DNA from: an uncultured Planctomycetota bacterium
Lineage (GTDB): Bacteria; Planctomycetota; Planctomycetia; Isosphaerales; Isosphaeraceae
DNA: 64,000 nt
Direction: 5' to 3'
Assembly: GCA_963845755.1 (NCBI GenBank)
Contig: CAWJTV010000012.1
Span: forward strand, 32,001 to 96,000
A model generated the notes under the pieces. The model was not told where the DNA came from. It did no database searches and saw only the letters and a program-made list of their open reading frames with translations. Shown one piece after another: positions 32,426-42,950 of this stretch. Position 1 is the first letter of the stretch; each line of letters begins with the position of its first letter. Position numbers and translations under genes: made by a program.

Positions 32426-33565
32426 ATGGGATTCTCCAGCGTGGATGTGGAATGGATGCGGCTCGCCCTGACCGAGGCCGTAAAGGGACTCGGAGCGGTC
32501 GAGCCCAACCCGATGGTCGGGGCGGTCATCGTTCGGGATGGCCGGGTCGTCGGCATCGGACATCACCAGGAGTTCGGGGGCCCCCACGCCGAAGTGATGG
32601 CTCTCAGGCAAGCCGGGGAGGCGGCGCGCGGCGCGACCTTGTACGTCACACTCGAGCCGTGCTGCCATTTCGGCAAGACCCCCCCGTGCACCGATGCGAT
32701 CCTTGCCGCGGGTATCGATCGCGTGGTCGCGGCGGTTCGAGATCCGTTCCCGGCGGTCAACGGCGGTGGCGTCGCGATCCTGGAGCGCAAGGGAGTGGCA
32801 ATTGAGATCGGTTGCGAAGCCGAGCGGGCCCGTGGTCTTAACGAACCGTATTGGAAACGGCTGACGACGGGCTTGCCCTACGTCATCGCCAAATGGGCGA
32901 TGACTCTCGACGGTAAGACCGCCGTGGCCTGCGGAGACAGTCGTTGGATCTCCTCGGAGTCCTCTCGCCGCATCGTTCATGAGCTGAGGGGCCGTGTGGA
33001 TGCAATCATCGTTGGAGTCGGAACTGTCGAGGCCGACGACCCTCACCTGACCGTCCGTCCCCCCGGCCGGCGCCGCCCCGTCCGGATCGTGCTCGACAGC
33101 ACGGCGCGTCTGCCGCTGACGAGCAACCTGGCTCGGACGGCACGTGAGGTCCCTGTGCTGGTAGCTGCCACCGATCGGGCGTCCGCAAATCGCCGCGATT
33201 CGCTGGAGAGGCTCGGCTGCGAAGTCGTCGAATTCGTCGGTTCGGCCTCCGGATTCGTCTCCGTGCCGTGTCTGCTCCAGGAGCTCGGCCGTCGCGGGAT
33301 GACCAACGTCCTGGTCGAGGGGGGAGGCCGGGTCCTGGGCTCGTTCCTCGACGTTGGTCAGATCGACACGGTCGATATCTTCGTCGCGCCGATCCTCGAG
33401 GGCGGAGACCATCCTCGTACGGCCGCACGGGGACTGGGCCGCCCTCTGATGAACGATGCGCCGCGGCTGCGGGACATCGAGGTCTCTCGCGCTGGCGAGG
33501 ACGTGCGCATCCGCGGACGCTTGCCCCAACCCTGGCGCATTCGAGCGGGCTTCATCGAAGAATGA
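32426..33565 (+). CDS. ribD: Riboflavin biosynthesis deaminase/reductase
   Basis: EPNPMVGAVIV, HAE, YVTLEPCCHFGKTPPC, KWAMTLDGK, VLVEGGG. Confidence 0.95.
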   Translation: MGFSSVDVEWMRLALTEAVKGLGAVEPNPMVGAVIVRDGRVVGIGHHQEFGGPHAEVMALRQAGEAARGATLYVTLEPCCHFGKTPPCTDAILAAGIDRVVAAVRDPFPAVNGGGVAILERKGVAIEIGCEAERARGLNEPYWKRLTTGLPYVIAKWAMTLDGKTAVACGDSRWISSESSRRIVHELRGRVDAIIVGVGTVEADDPHLTVRPPGRRRPVRIVLDSTARLPLTSNLARTAREVPVLVAATDRASANRRDSLERLGCEVVEFVGSASGFVSVPCLLQELGRRGMTNVLVEGGGRVLGSFLDVGQIDTVDIFVAPILEGGDHPRTAARGLGRPLMNDAPRLRDIEVSRAGEDVRIRGRLPQPWRIRAGFIEE

Positions 33566-33690
33566 GACCTGCAACTCTTGACCACCTCGACAGGTGAGCG
33601 TTACAGTGGCGATTGGTGATGGCATGGATTTTGCCCTCGATCCACATGCCGTGCTCGATGGGCACCATTCTCCCCCGTGGAGACTCGCTC

Positions 33691-34365
33691 GTGGCCGATC
33701 GACAGCACGAGCCTTCGGGAGAAAGAATCGCCCCAAAGGCGGTTGTCGGGCGAGTCAGTCTGTACTTGAGGCAGCTCGAGACTTATCAACGCCAGGGATG
33801 GAACACAGTCTCCAGCAGTCAACTCGGAGCCCCTCTCTCGATCAAGAATGCCCAAGTCCGCAAAGACCTGGCGTTCTTCGGCCAGTTTGGTCACCCGGGG
33901 ATCGGTTACCGGATCGACGAGTTGATCGCCGCACTCCGACATATCCTCGGCATCGATCATGAATGGCCATTGGCGCTAGTTGGCCTGGGGAATCTGGGGC
34001 GGGCTTTACTGAAATATCGGGGATTCCGCACGCGTGGTTTTCAGGTGACGGCACTCTTCGATAATGATCCGGCGAAGATCGGACAGAGCTACGACGGGCT
34101 GATCGTCGAGCCGATCGACTCGTTACGCAAGGCGGTTGCTCTGAGGAAGATCCACCTCGCCATCTTGTGCGTACCGGCAGACGTCGCCCAGCGTGTCGCC
34201 GACTTGCTGGTCGCCAGCGGGATTCGGGGGATCCTCAATTTTGCCCCGGTTCCGCTCGTGGCGCCGCCTCATGTCAATCTCGTGGCCGTCAACCTGAGCA
34301 TCCAACTCGAGAACCTGGCCTACAAGGTCCAGAAGACCCAGGGTGAGGTTTCCTGGGCCGGCTAG
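33691..34365 (+). CDS. rex: Redox-sensing transcriptional repressor
   Basis: RVSLYLRQL, VSSSQLG, QVRKDLAFFGQFGHPGIGY, VGLGNLGRAL, GILNFAP. Start uncertain. Confidence 0.94.
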   Translation: MADRQHEPSGERIAPKAVVGRVSLYLRQLETYQRQGWNTVSSSQLGAPLSIKNAQVRKDLAFFGQFGHPGIGYRIDELIAALRHILGIDHEWPLALVGLGNLGRALLKYRGFRTRGFQVTALFDNDPAKIGQSYDGLIVEPIDSLRKAVALRKIHLAILCVPADVAQRVADLLVASGIRGILNFAPVPLVAPPHVNLVAVNLSIQLENLAYKVQKTQGEVSWAG

Positions 34366-34407
34366 CCTTCCCCGCCGTCGCTGCAATCGATAAAATGAGT
34401 GAACGAC

Positions 34408-34478
34408 TACCCGGTGGTGAAACGGTATCACAACAGGTTTTGGTCCTGTTTTTCCAGGTTCGAATCCTGGCCGGGTAG
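34408..34478 (+). tRNA. tRNA-Gln (TTG)
   Basis: Acceptor stem TACCCGG/CCGGGTA; anticodon arm ACAGG-TTTTGGT-CCTGT; T-arm CCAGG-TTCGAAT-CCTGG. CCA not encoded. TAAAAT -10 box upstream. Confidence 0.96.
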
Positions 34479-34539
34479 CTGTAAGTCACAATTCTCGGCT
34501 GTGGACTTGATCCACACACGCTCGATTGCCATCACAGAA

Positions 34540-35718
34540 TCACTTGAGGATCGGCAAGACCTCCCTCTGAAGGCCACCGGTCACATGAACGGTCCCGGCG
34601 CCGTCGACGAACACGTTGACCTCGCTCCGAACTCCGAATTCCTCCTGGTAGATCCCCGGCTCGACCGAGAAGCAGGTTCGTCGCAGGACGAGGCGTTCCT
34701 CGTGCGTTTCGAGGTTGTCCATGTGGGCCCCATTGCCGTGGACTTCCTGGCCGATATTGTGTCCGGTGCGGTGGATGAAAAAGCGGCCGTAGCCGGCATC
34801 CTCGATGACTCTTCGACAGGCGGCGTCGACCTCCCAGCCCTGAAGCGGCCGGCCGACGGCATAGGCGTCGCGGACGCAAGTAATGGCCGCGTCGCGCGCT
34901 CGGGCGACGATCGCGAAGATCTCTTGATACCGCTGCGGGACAGTTGTGCCGACAAAGCCAACCCGCGTCAGATCGCTGTAGACTGAACGGGGCCGGTCAA
35001 CCTTGGCCCAGAGATCGATCAGCACAAAATTGTCCGGGCCGATGACGCCATCGTGTCCGGCGACCGGTTCATAATGCGGGTCGCCGCTGTGGGGGCCGAC
35101 GGCGACGATCGGCGGGCTATACGTGGTCAATCCATTGCGGTGGAAGTGGTCCATGATGGCCGACTGGACCTCAGTCTCGCGGATCGTCCGACCGGCGCGG
35201 ACGCGTTCGGCGATCAACCCGAACGCCAGCTCGTACGCCGACTGTGTGAATAGCTCGGCCTCGCGATGCATTCCCCACTGTTCGTCATCCCAGGTCGCCT
35301 CGAATTGCTGGATCAAGTCGCCCGACGAGACCACCTCGATGCCGCATCCACGAACCAGCTCTATCACTCCCGCGTCCACCCGCGACACATAAGGATTGGA
35401 CACGCGGGGGGAATACTCCATCGCGATGCGATTGCATCCGCCGACGAGCGCCGCCACGCCGGCCTCCAGCTCTTGCCAGGGGAGATACACAGTCTTCTCG
35501 CCGGGCAGCTCGTCGAGGGCACCGGCTTCGATGCGATGTACCAGTTTCCGCGGGTCTCCCTCCTTGGGAATGTAATAGAAGAACCGGCGCGTGCCGGGCT
35601 TTTCAACGAGCCCGAGGACTCGTCGGGCCAGGACATTGCTCCCCCTAAAATCGTAGAGCAGCCAACCGTCGAGTCCGAAATCGGCGAGGCACTTCTGGAC
35701 GGCCTTGAGGTCGAACAT
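34540..35718 (-). CDS. Xaa-Pro aminopeptidase (M24B)
   Basis: PHY, LIDLWAK, YSDLTR, FIHRTGHNIG, FSVEPGIY, GVRSE. Confidence 0.9.
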   Translation of the reverse strand: MFDLKAVQKCLADFGLDGWLLYDFRGSNVLARRVLGLVEKPGTRRFFYYIPKEGDPRKLVHRIEAGALDELPGEKTVYLPWQELEAGVAALVGGCNRIAMEYSPRVSNPYVSRVDAGVIELVRGCGIEVVSSGDLIQQFEATWDDEQWGMHREAELFTQSAYELAFGLIAERVRAGRTIRETEVQSAIMDHFHRNGLTTYSPPIVAVGPHSGDPHYEPVAGHDGVIGPDNFVLIDLWAKVDRPRSVYSDLTRVGFVGTTVPQRYQEIFAIVARARDAAITCVRDAYAVGRPLQGWEVDAACRRVIEDAGYGRFFIHRTGHNIGQEVHGNGAHMDNLETHEERLVLRRTCFSVEPGIYQEEFGVRSEVNVFVDGAGTVHVTGGLQREVLPILK

Positions 35719-35989
35719 TGCTGTCGCTCCATGAGCCAATCAGTCCCTGGGGCGGATTCTTTCGTGAGTGCTCGGATTCGAGTCGAAAAACCTGAGAACC
35801 GATCCAACTGGGTGCGTCGCAGGCGGTGCCCAATGATATCATCCGGCTCCGCGATGACATACTCGTCTCCCGACCCGAACCCAAAAGAAAACGCCGCCGA
35901 ATCGTGAGATTGGGCGGCGTTTCCCGGTCAGGGAGCGCCGAAGGTCTGGCTCGACTCGACGGCGTATTGCTGTCGGGTCGGTCCGTGTC

Positions 35990-38240
35990 TTACTGGATCA
36001 CCGCATTCTTCTGGGGGAGGACCGGGAACTGGCTGCTGGCTGGGACCGACGACGGCAGCGACTGGCCCGTCGCCGTGATACTCTGCGGAGACGGATCGAC
36101 GACCGTCGGACAGTGGATCATGACGGGGACTTTCACGCACACCTCGACCGGCACCTGCCGGCAGACCGTCCGCGGCACGCAGACCGGCTTGTTCTCGCAC
36201 ACCTGTCGGCAAACGGTCACCGGGCACTGGATGGTCTGAGTCTCGCAAACCTGCCGGCAAACCTTGACGGGTACCCTGCGGACACACTGAACGGTCTGCA
36301 TCTCACAGACAGTGACGGGCACCTGCTTGACGCAAGGTTCCGACACCATCTCGCAGTAGGTCTGACAGACCCGCTTGACGCAGGGATCCGCGACCATCCG
36401 GCAGGTCGTGACCGGCACCTGCTTGACGCAGGTCTGGGTCACCATCCGGCAAGTCGTGACCGGCACTTGCTTGACGCAGGTCTGGGTCACCATCCGGCAG
36501 GTCGTGACGGGCACACGCTTGACACAGGTCTGCGGTACCATGCGAGTGACCGAGCAGGGCACTTGCTTGTACTGGCACTCCCGGATCGTCCGCGTGACCG
36601 TGTAAGGGACCTGCTTCGAGCACGTCTCCCGGACGTACTGGGTCACGGTATACGGCTCTTGGCGATACTCGGTCTTCGGGCACATCTTGGTGACCGTGAT
36701 CGGAACGCGGCGCATCACGGTGCGAGGCTGCATCGTGCAGAAGGTATACGGCACGGTCTTGGTGCACGTCTCTTGAACGGTCCGACAGACGGTGACGGGC
36801 ACCTGCTTGACGCACTGCTGGGCCACGTACTCGCAAACGGTGACGGGCACCTGCTTGACGCAGGTCTCGTTCACCATGCGGCAGGTCGTCACCGGGATCT
36901 GCTGCACGCATTCCTGGGCGACCATCTGGCAGGTGGTCACCGGAACCTGCTCACAAACGGTGTACGGCACCTGCTTGCAGACCGTATAGGGCACCTGCTT
37001 GCGAATCACTTGCTTCTCATAGACCGTGCAGGCCACATCCTCGACGACCGTCCGGGGACGGCAAACGGGTCGCTCGCACCAGGTCCCGGGACACTCGTAG
37101 AGACAGCCATTGACGCAGACCGACTTGCCCGGGACGAAGTACCGCTCCATCACCGTTTCGTTCACGGTGCGGCAGACCTGCTGCTGAACCGTCCTGGGCA
37201 CGCAGACGGTCTCGCAGACCTCGCGACAGGCCGTCTCGTTCACGGTCTGATAGCATGTCCGGCTCACGGTCTTGAATGAGGTCGTCTGCACGGGACGGCA
37301 GACGGTATACCGGCATTCCTTCATCACCGTCTCGCGGACCGGCCGGCTCACGGTGTATGTGCAGCTTCGCATCTCCGTGCGCGTGTACGGGGACGCGCAC
37401 CGTGTATCGGCACTCTTTCAGGACGGTCTCATTGACCTGACGGCTGACCGTGTACGGGACCTGTTTGTACGCGCACTGACGAACCTGGACCATCTCGGTC
37501 GCCGGCTGGCACTGCATGACGCACTGCTGGACCGGGACCTGAACGGTGTAAGGGACGCATCGCATGCGCGTGCTCTGGACCGGACGGCACACGGTGTAGA
37601 CGCAGGTTTTGTAGCACGTCTGTTGGACGGGGCGGCAGACCGTGTAGGACACCGTCTTCATGACGGTCTCTTGCACGGGTCGGCAGACGGTGTAACAGAC
37701 GTCCTTGTAAGAGACCTCGCGGACCGGCCGGCTGACATTGTAAGTGCAGGTCCGAAGGGTCGTTTCCTGCACCGGCCGGCAGACCGTGTACGTGCGGTTT
37801 TCCAGGTGAGTTTCCTGGACGGGCCGGCAGACCGTGTAGGTCACGTCCTTCCAGACTGTCCGCGTGACCGGCCGCTGAACCGTGTACTGGACGGGCTGGA
37901 GGACCGTGTGATAGACCGGCCTCTGGACCGTGTATGGTTCCTCGCGGATCTGTTCGTCCACCACATTTCGCACATTGGTGACCGTCCTCGGCTGCATGAC
38001 CGTCTCGGACACGGTCCGCATGCTCGGGACAAATTGCGTCTCGTACACCGTCTCCTGCACGTTCTGGAGAACGGTCTGACGCTGGAGTTGATATTGGATG
38101 TGCCCACAACAATCCTGGGGCACGGGGCAAATTCGGTTTGATGCACCACCCGCGTAGCTCGCTCCCTCCGCCGGGTGCGCGACCGCGCCCAGCCCTATGC
38201 CCAGGGCCAACAGCGCGACCGACAGCAGTTTTCTCAACAT
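35990..38240 (-). CDS. Secreted Cys/Val/Thr-rich YTV-repeat protein (~750 aa), apparent frameshift near 37375
   Basis: Signal peptide MLRKLLSVALLALG; 16-aa repeats YTVCRPVQET... and CVKQVPVTTCRMV...; joins ORFs 37017..38450 and 35990..37372. Confidence 0.85.
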
Positions 38241-39346
38241 CGGACGCTCCACTAAACACTCCCGACCTACTTCGGCGCTCATCGGTTCCCGAGACCCCAA
38301 GTCTCCGACTCCGCCTCGGGACCGCCAACTCACTCTCTTACTTCGTCCCATGACCACGTCGTGCTTCAGGAAGTTTCTCCAAATTTCCCAGTGGCCAAAT
38401 TCCCCCAAAACGTAATGTTTGCCCAGATGTTGTGTTGCTCTCGCAGACACTCTGAATTATCAGAAAATCCCGGGAAGGGAACCGAACCGGAATGGTGGGA
38501 GTCACCCGCAGGGTTTCGCTGATCCGTCCGGAAGAACGCGCAGTGTTCGAGGACAGGGCCTCTTCTCGGGTCGATGCCGTTGACCGAGTCTGGGCAACCT
38601 CACCGGTTCCGAGAAACCGGACGATCAAGCCTTATGCTTAGGCATCTTCGCGGCGGCCTGGTGCGCGGGATCGCAGAGACGGACGAACAGGGCCGCTTCT
38701 TCGAGTCCGACCCGGTCGGCGCGGCCAAAGGCGCGACCCGGCTAGGCTCGGATCCTAACGCGGGCATGATTCCCAAGGTCAAAACGAAATGACCTGGACG
38801 TATCTGATGTTCTCGCGTTCAGATGCTCGTGACGAACTTCCTCGCCGAAGGCCTCATGAAATGGCACTCTTTGGCATCTTATTGGAAGGTTGCCTTCCCC
38901 GATCTCTTTGTCCGGAAGGGATTTGTGACAGGTTGTCGGATCGGTCGGAGCAGTCCACTCGTCAGCATTTCGGACCCGTTCTTCGGCGCGTAATTACCAC
39001 ACTGTTTATTAGTATAACACAGCTTTTCAAAAGCGTTAATGCACCTATCGGGGTCCTTGGACGATCAGTTTCCCTAATTCCTGATCTCTGCGGCAGTTAA
39101 GAATATCCGGAAAAATTCCTGCCCGGTTGATTACAACGCCCCCTTTTGGCCTACGTGGTATCGTCAAGAGTCGCCCACGGGACTTGCTGCGAGCCCTTCC
39201 ACCGCTTCCAGGAACCCCGAGCACTCCGAACAATCTCGTTGACGTGGCTTGGGGCGTCGACGAGAATTGTCATCGTGCGACGTCATTCGTAAACTGCTCG
39301 GGAGCCGGAGTCAACGGACTTCCGAGCCCCCACACCTGGTGCTACC

Positions 39347-40210
39347 ATGAACGCGACAACGGTTTTGACGCTCCTGCTTGCGCTGGCAGCGGACGGGCCC
39401 GAGTCCGCACAGGCGCAGCGCGAGCGGCTCTACAACCTCCATCTCGGCGATGCCCTCGAGTACACCCTTTATCGCGACGCGAGCCATCAGGAGAAGCTCG
39501 AGTTCCGGAAAGAGCCGGTTTACGTCTGGACCAATCCGGTCCGCACCACGCAGCAGGACGGTCTGGTCTTCGTCTGGACGGGCCGTGGCCGCCCCGAGGC
39601 GATCGGCACGTTCTTCTCGTCGGCCGCGGGTGGGAGACGCGGCGTGAACCACGAGCTCCATTCGCTGTCGCTTTCGACGCTCGACGTCGTCCGCGAGGGA
39701 ACGCATGAGCACTTATGGAAGCCCAGGGCCGCCGGCATCGAGCTTTCACCCATCGAAGGCGCCCCAGCCCCTGCAGGTTCTCCCGCGCCGCGGCTCGCGC
39801 AGATGCGCGCGATGGCCCGCGAGTTCTCCGCGGCCACCCGCGATGCCCAGGACAAACGCTGGGAACTCCGCCTGCTCTCGAAGCCGCTTTACCGCTATGA
39901 GAGCACCGACCCCGATGTTCTCGACGGTGCGCTGTTCGCGTTCGTGACGTCCGCCGGGACCGACCCCGAGGCGCTCCTGATCATCGAGGCGCGACGGCCT
40001 CCCGGCGGTGGAATGCCGCTCTGGTACCGTGCACTGGCCCGATTCACCGATCTGAACTTATCCGTGCGGTACAAGGGGATGGAGGTCTTCGCGGCCGACT
40101 CGACCCGCGGGGACACCCTGAAGATGTACCCGAACCAGGAATACCGGCTCTTCACCGACCGCATCATCCCCGACGTCCCCGCTCCATTCCGCGAGGGCGA
40201 AAGGCCATGA
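39347..40210 (+). CDS. Hypothetical secreted protein
   Basis: Signal-like N-terminus; WTNPVR, GRPEAI, ELRLLSKPLYRY, DGALFAFV..GTDPE, a pattern I recall from planctomycete proteins. Confidence 0.7.
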   Translation: MNATTVLTLLLALAADGPESAQAQRERLYNLHLGDALEYTLYRDASHQEKLEFRKEPVYVWTNPVRTTQQDGLVFVWTGRGRPEAIGTFFSSAAGGRRGVNHELHSLSLSTLDVVREGTHEHLWKPRAAGIELSPIEGAPAPAGSPAPRLAQMRAMAREFSAATRDAQDKRWELRLLSKPLYRYESTDPDVLDGALFAFVTSAGTDPEALLIIEARRPPGGGMPLWYRALARFTDLNLSVRYKGMEVFAADSTRGDTLKMYPNQEYRLFTDRIIPDVPAPFREGERP

Positions 40211-41564
40211 AGCCGGACGCCCGCGAAGAGACCCTGGCATCCCCTGCGCCCTGGACATGGCGGACGACCGTGTGGGCGCTAATCTGGTCCGCGGGCGTGT
40301 TCGCCGCCTATCTGGCCAACGGCCGCGAGATCTGGTCGGGCGACTCGGTTCCGGCGAAATACCTCACCTGCACGCTCGTCCGTGGCGATGGGTTCTACCT
40401 GGACCGCTACCAGGCGGACGTCCTGAAGTGGTGGCCTAACCCAAGTATGCCGTACTACGTGACCATGGTCGATGGGCATTACATTTCGCGCTATCCGATC
40501 GCCCCGGCATTCGTCGCGCTGCCGTTCACGATGCCGCAAATGCTCTTCCTGGACTGGGCCCGTCCGGGCTGGGAGACGAGCGACCCGAAGTGGTTCGACA
40601 CCATCGCCAAGAATTCGGCCGCCGCCATAACGACCCTGGCGGCCCTCGTGCTCCTGGCCGTTCTGCGGAAGCTGGGCGTGGGCCGCGTGGCGTGGCTGGC
40701 GGCCCTCGCCGCGGCTTTGGGCTCGAACTTATGGTGCACGGCCAGCCAGAGCCTCTGGCAGCATGGGCCCGCCGCGCTCATGCTGACGCTGCTCGTGTGG
40801 CTGCTCTTGCCCGAATCGCCATCGCCGCTGCGGTTCGCCGCGGCCGGAGTGGCGGCGGGGCTTCTGGTCTGCTCGCGCCCATCGATCTCCCGTTCGCGGC
40901 CATGACCGCGCTCTGGGTCACGCTCCGGCATCCGCGGCAACTGGTCTGGTTCCTTCCGCCCGCGATGGTTCTCGGCGCCGCGCTCATCGGCTACAACCGC
41001 GCCTATCTCGGCGCCGCCGGGGGATACTATTCGACGTTCGACGCCGCGACGTTCGGGACCCCCTGGTCCGAAGGGCTGATGGGAACGTTGATGAGCCCCA
41101 GCCGCGGGCTCTTCATCTTCTCCCCCTGGACGCTGATCGCGTTCGCCTATCTGCCGTTCGCGTTCTTCCGGCTTCGCCCCGCAACGCTCCTTCCCTGGCT
41201 GCTGGTGACCTTGGTCGCGCACGCGCTCTTGATCTCGACCTTCTCGTGCTGGTGGGCCGGGCTCTGTTTCGGCCCGAGGTACTGGACCGAGGTCATCCCC
41301 TTGCTCGCGATCGTTCTGGGCCTGGCGCTGGCCTGGGCGAGGGCCCGATGCCGGCCCATCTTCGCCGTCTCCCTCGTCTTGATCGCGGTCTCAATCGGCG
41401 TTCAGTTCCTGGGCGCCGCCATGTATCCCTGCGGATGGGAAGACCACGCCCAGGAGGAGGGCGAGCACTTCAAAGAGCGGCTTTGGGACTGGTCGGACAG
41501 TGAGCTGTCGCGCTGCATCATCGTCAGCCGGCCCTACCGCGCCCTGTTCGGGCCGCCGCCCTAG
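40207..41564 (+). CDS. Polytopic membrane protein, GT-C glycosyltransferase-like, apparent frameshift near 40880
   Basis: Many TM helices; SGDSVPA, SRYPI, SQSLWQH, LMSPSRGLFIFSP, WWAGLCFGPRYW. Confidence 0.65.
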
Positions 41565-41588
41565 CCGATAGTTCTCGCCCCGGACGAA

Positions 41589-42001
41589 TTGGAGTCGAAT
41601 CCGCCGCTGGCGCCCGTCACGCCGAAGGCCCCGGTCCGCTCCCGGTTTGACGCCGCCCTGGCCGAGGGTGGATCAGTCTCGCCCACGGCCGCCGGCAGCC
41701 TCGACCGCGTCGGCTGCGATCGGATAGAAGTTTGGGCCTGGGATCCCCGCGCCCCGAGACGCCGATTGCGCTCGACCTCTACGACGGCGAGACCCGCCTT
41801 GCGACCTTAACGGCCGATCGTTTGCGTCAGGACCTCGCCCGAGAGCAGAAGGGTAACGGGAAGCACGGTTTCGTCTTCGACACCCCCCCTGCTCTCAGGG
41901 ACGCGATGACCCATCAGATCCACGCGAACATTGCAGGGACTGGAATCGAGCTGCACAAGTCACCGCAAGATCTCGCCTGCCCCGAGCTGGAGACACGCTG
42001 A
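41589..42001 (+). CDS. Small beta-rich domain protein (frameshifted), possibly the C-terminus of the upstream gene
   Basis: GSLDRV...WAWDP, then IALDLYDG...ADRLRQDL...GNGKHGFVF in the next frame. Confidence 0.5.
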
Positions 42002-42601
42002 GGCCCGTTTCCATGCGTTCGGGGTGAGTATCAGATCACGTCGGATGGAGGGTCCTCGGACAACTCCAGTCGGGCGCAAGCCGGGCTGGTACACGACGAG
42101 CCGGCGGCGACGCTCGAGTGGGCCGGAAAACCGAATAGCCCCCGGGCCAAACTCCAGGCCTTCGCGCGCTGTCCGATCGAATCGCTGCGTGATTCGATGC
42201 GAAGAAGTCCGATGGGGCGAAGCTCGGCACTTCCGGTGCCCAGGCCAGGCCGGATCATTGATGATGCCCTTTACCCAGCAATGGGACACTTCACGGTCCA
42301 CCGGAAAGGGCTTCGGCTCATGGGGGGAATTCGGTGGGACACCAGACTGGCCAAGGTCAAGCCGCCGGTGTCCGTGGGCGGAACTCCTGATCCTCCAGGG
42401 CCTTCAGGCGCTCGCTCCGCCTGTCGCCCCCTGGCGACAGGACAGGCCACCACCACTTTCCCCACATGAGCCAAACTGGTTTCCCCTCGAATTCGACTCG
42501 GCGACTCGGCCGAGTTCGAATTTCGGCCGCTGGCACGAGACTTTCAGGCAGTAGTCGCTAGACGGAAGTACGCGCACCCTGTCCATACGCGGGCCTAACC
42601 C

Positions 42602-42803
42602 CAATACCATTGAAATAACCATAACCAAAGGTGAGATCAAGAGTTGCGAAAAACTCATTCCCACGCTCCGCGTGGGAATGCCGTCCGGGACGCTCCGCGT
42701 CCCGACGATTTCCCGGTCGCGATGTGGGCAAGACGACGCAGAGCGTGGGAACGAGATCCAAGGCCTTCGTTCTCTTCGGTTTATGGCTAATTCAACGGTA
42801 TTG
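42602..42803. mobile_element. MITE (IS4-like ends) with 10-bp target duplication and internal REP-like hairpins
   Basis: TIRs CAATACCATTGAAATAACCATAA and CAATACCGTTGAATTAGCCATAA; identical GGCCTAACCC at 42592-42601 and 42804-42813. Confidence 0.85.
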
Positions 42804-42950
42804 GGCCTAACCCGCCCCGCTTACGGGTTCAAAGCTCGTAGCTGAATTTGATTGAACATCCATTTGTGTCTTCATGGCGGGATCGCGTGCGAGTTCAGGT
42901 GAGACGGAACGGGACTCGACACCGCGTAGGTCCCGATGAACTGAGGTTCA

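Noticed and set aside
34408..34540. tRNA as an integration site for an island
   Set aside because: No integrase and no duplicated tRNA 3' end seen; flanks are housekeeping genes.
36100..38000. CRISPR-like or non-coding tandem repeats
   Set aside because: They are the 48-bp coding repeats of the YTV protein.
38590..38640. c-di-GMP-I riboswitch resemblance (GGCAA...CCGGTT...AACCGG...AAGCC)
   Set aside because: Lacks the GACGCAAAG core and second stem, and is on the wrong strand for the YTV gene.
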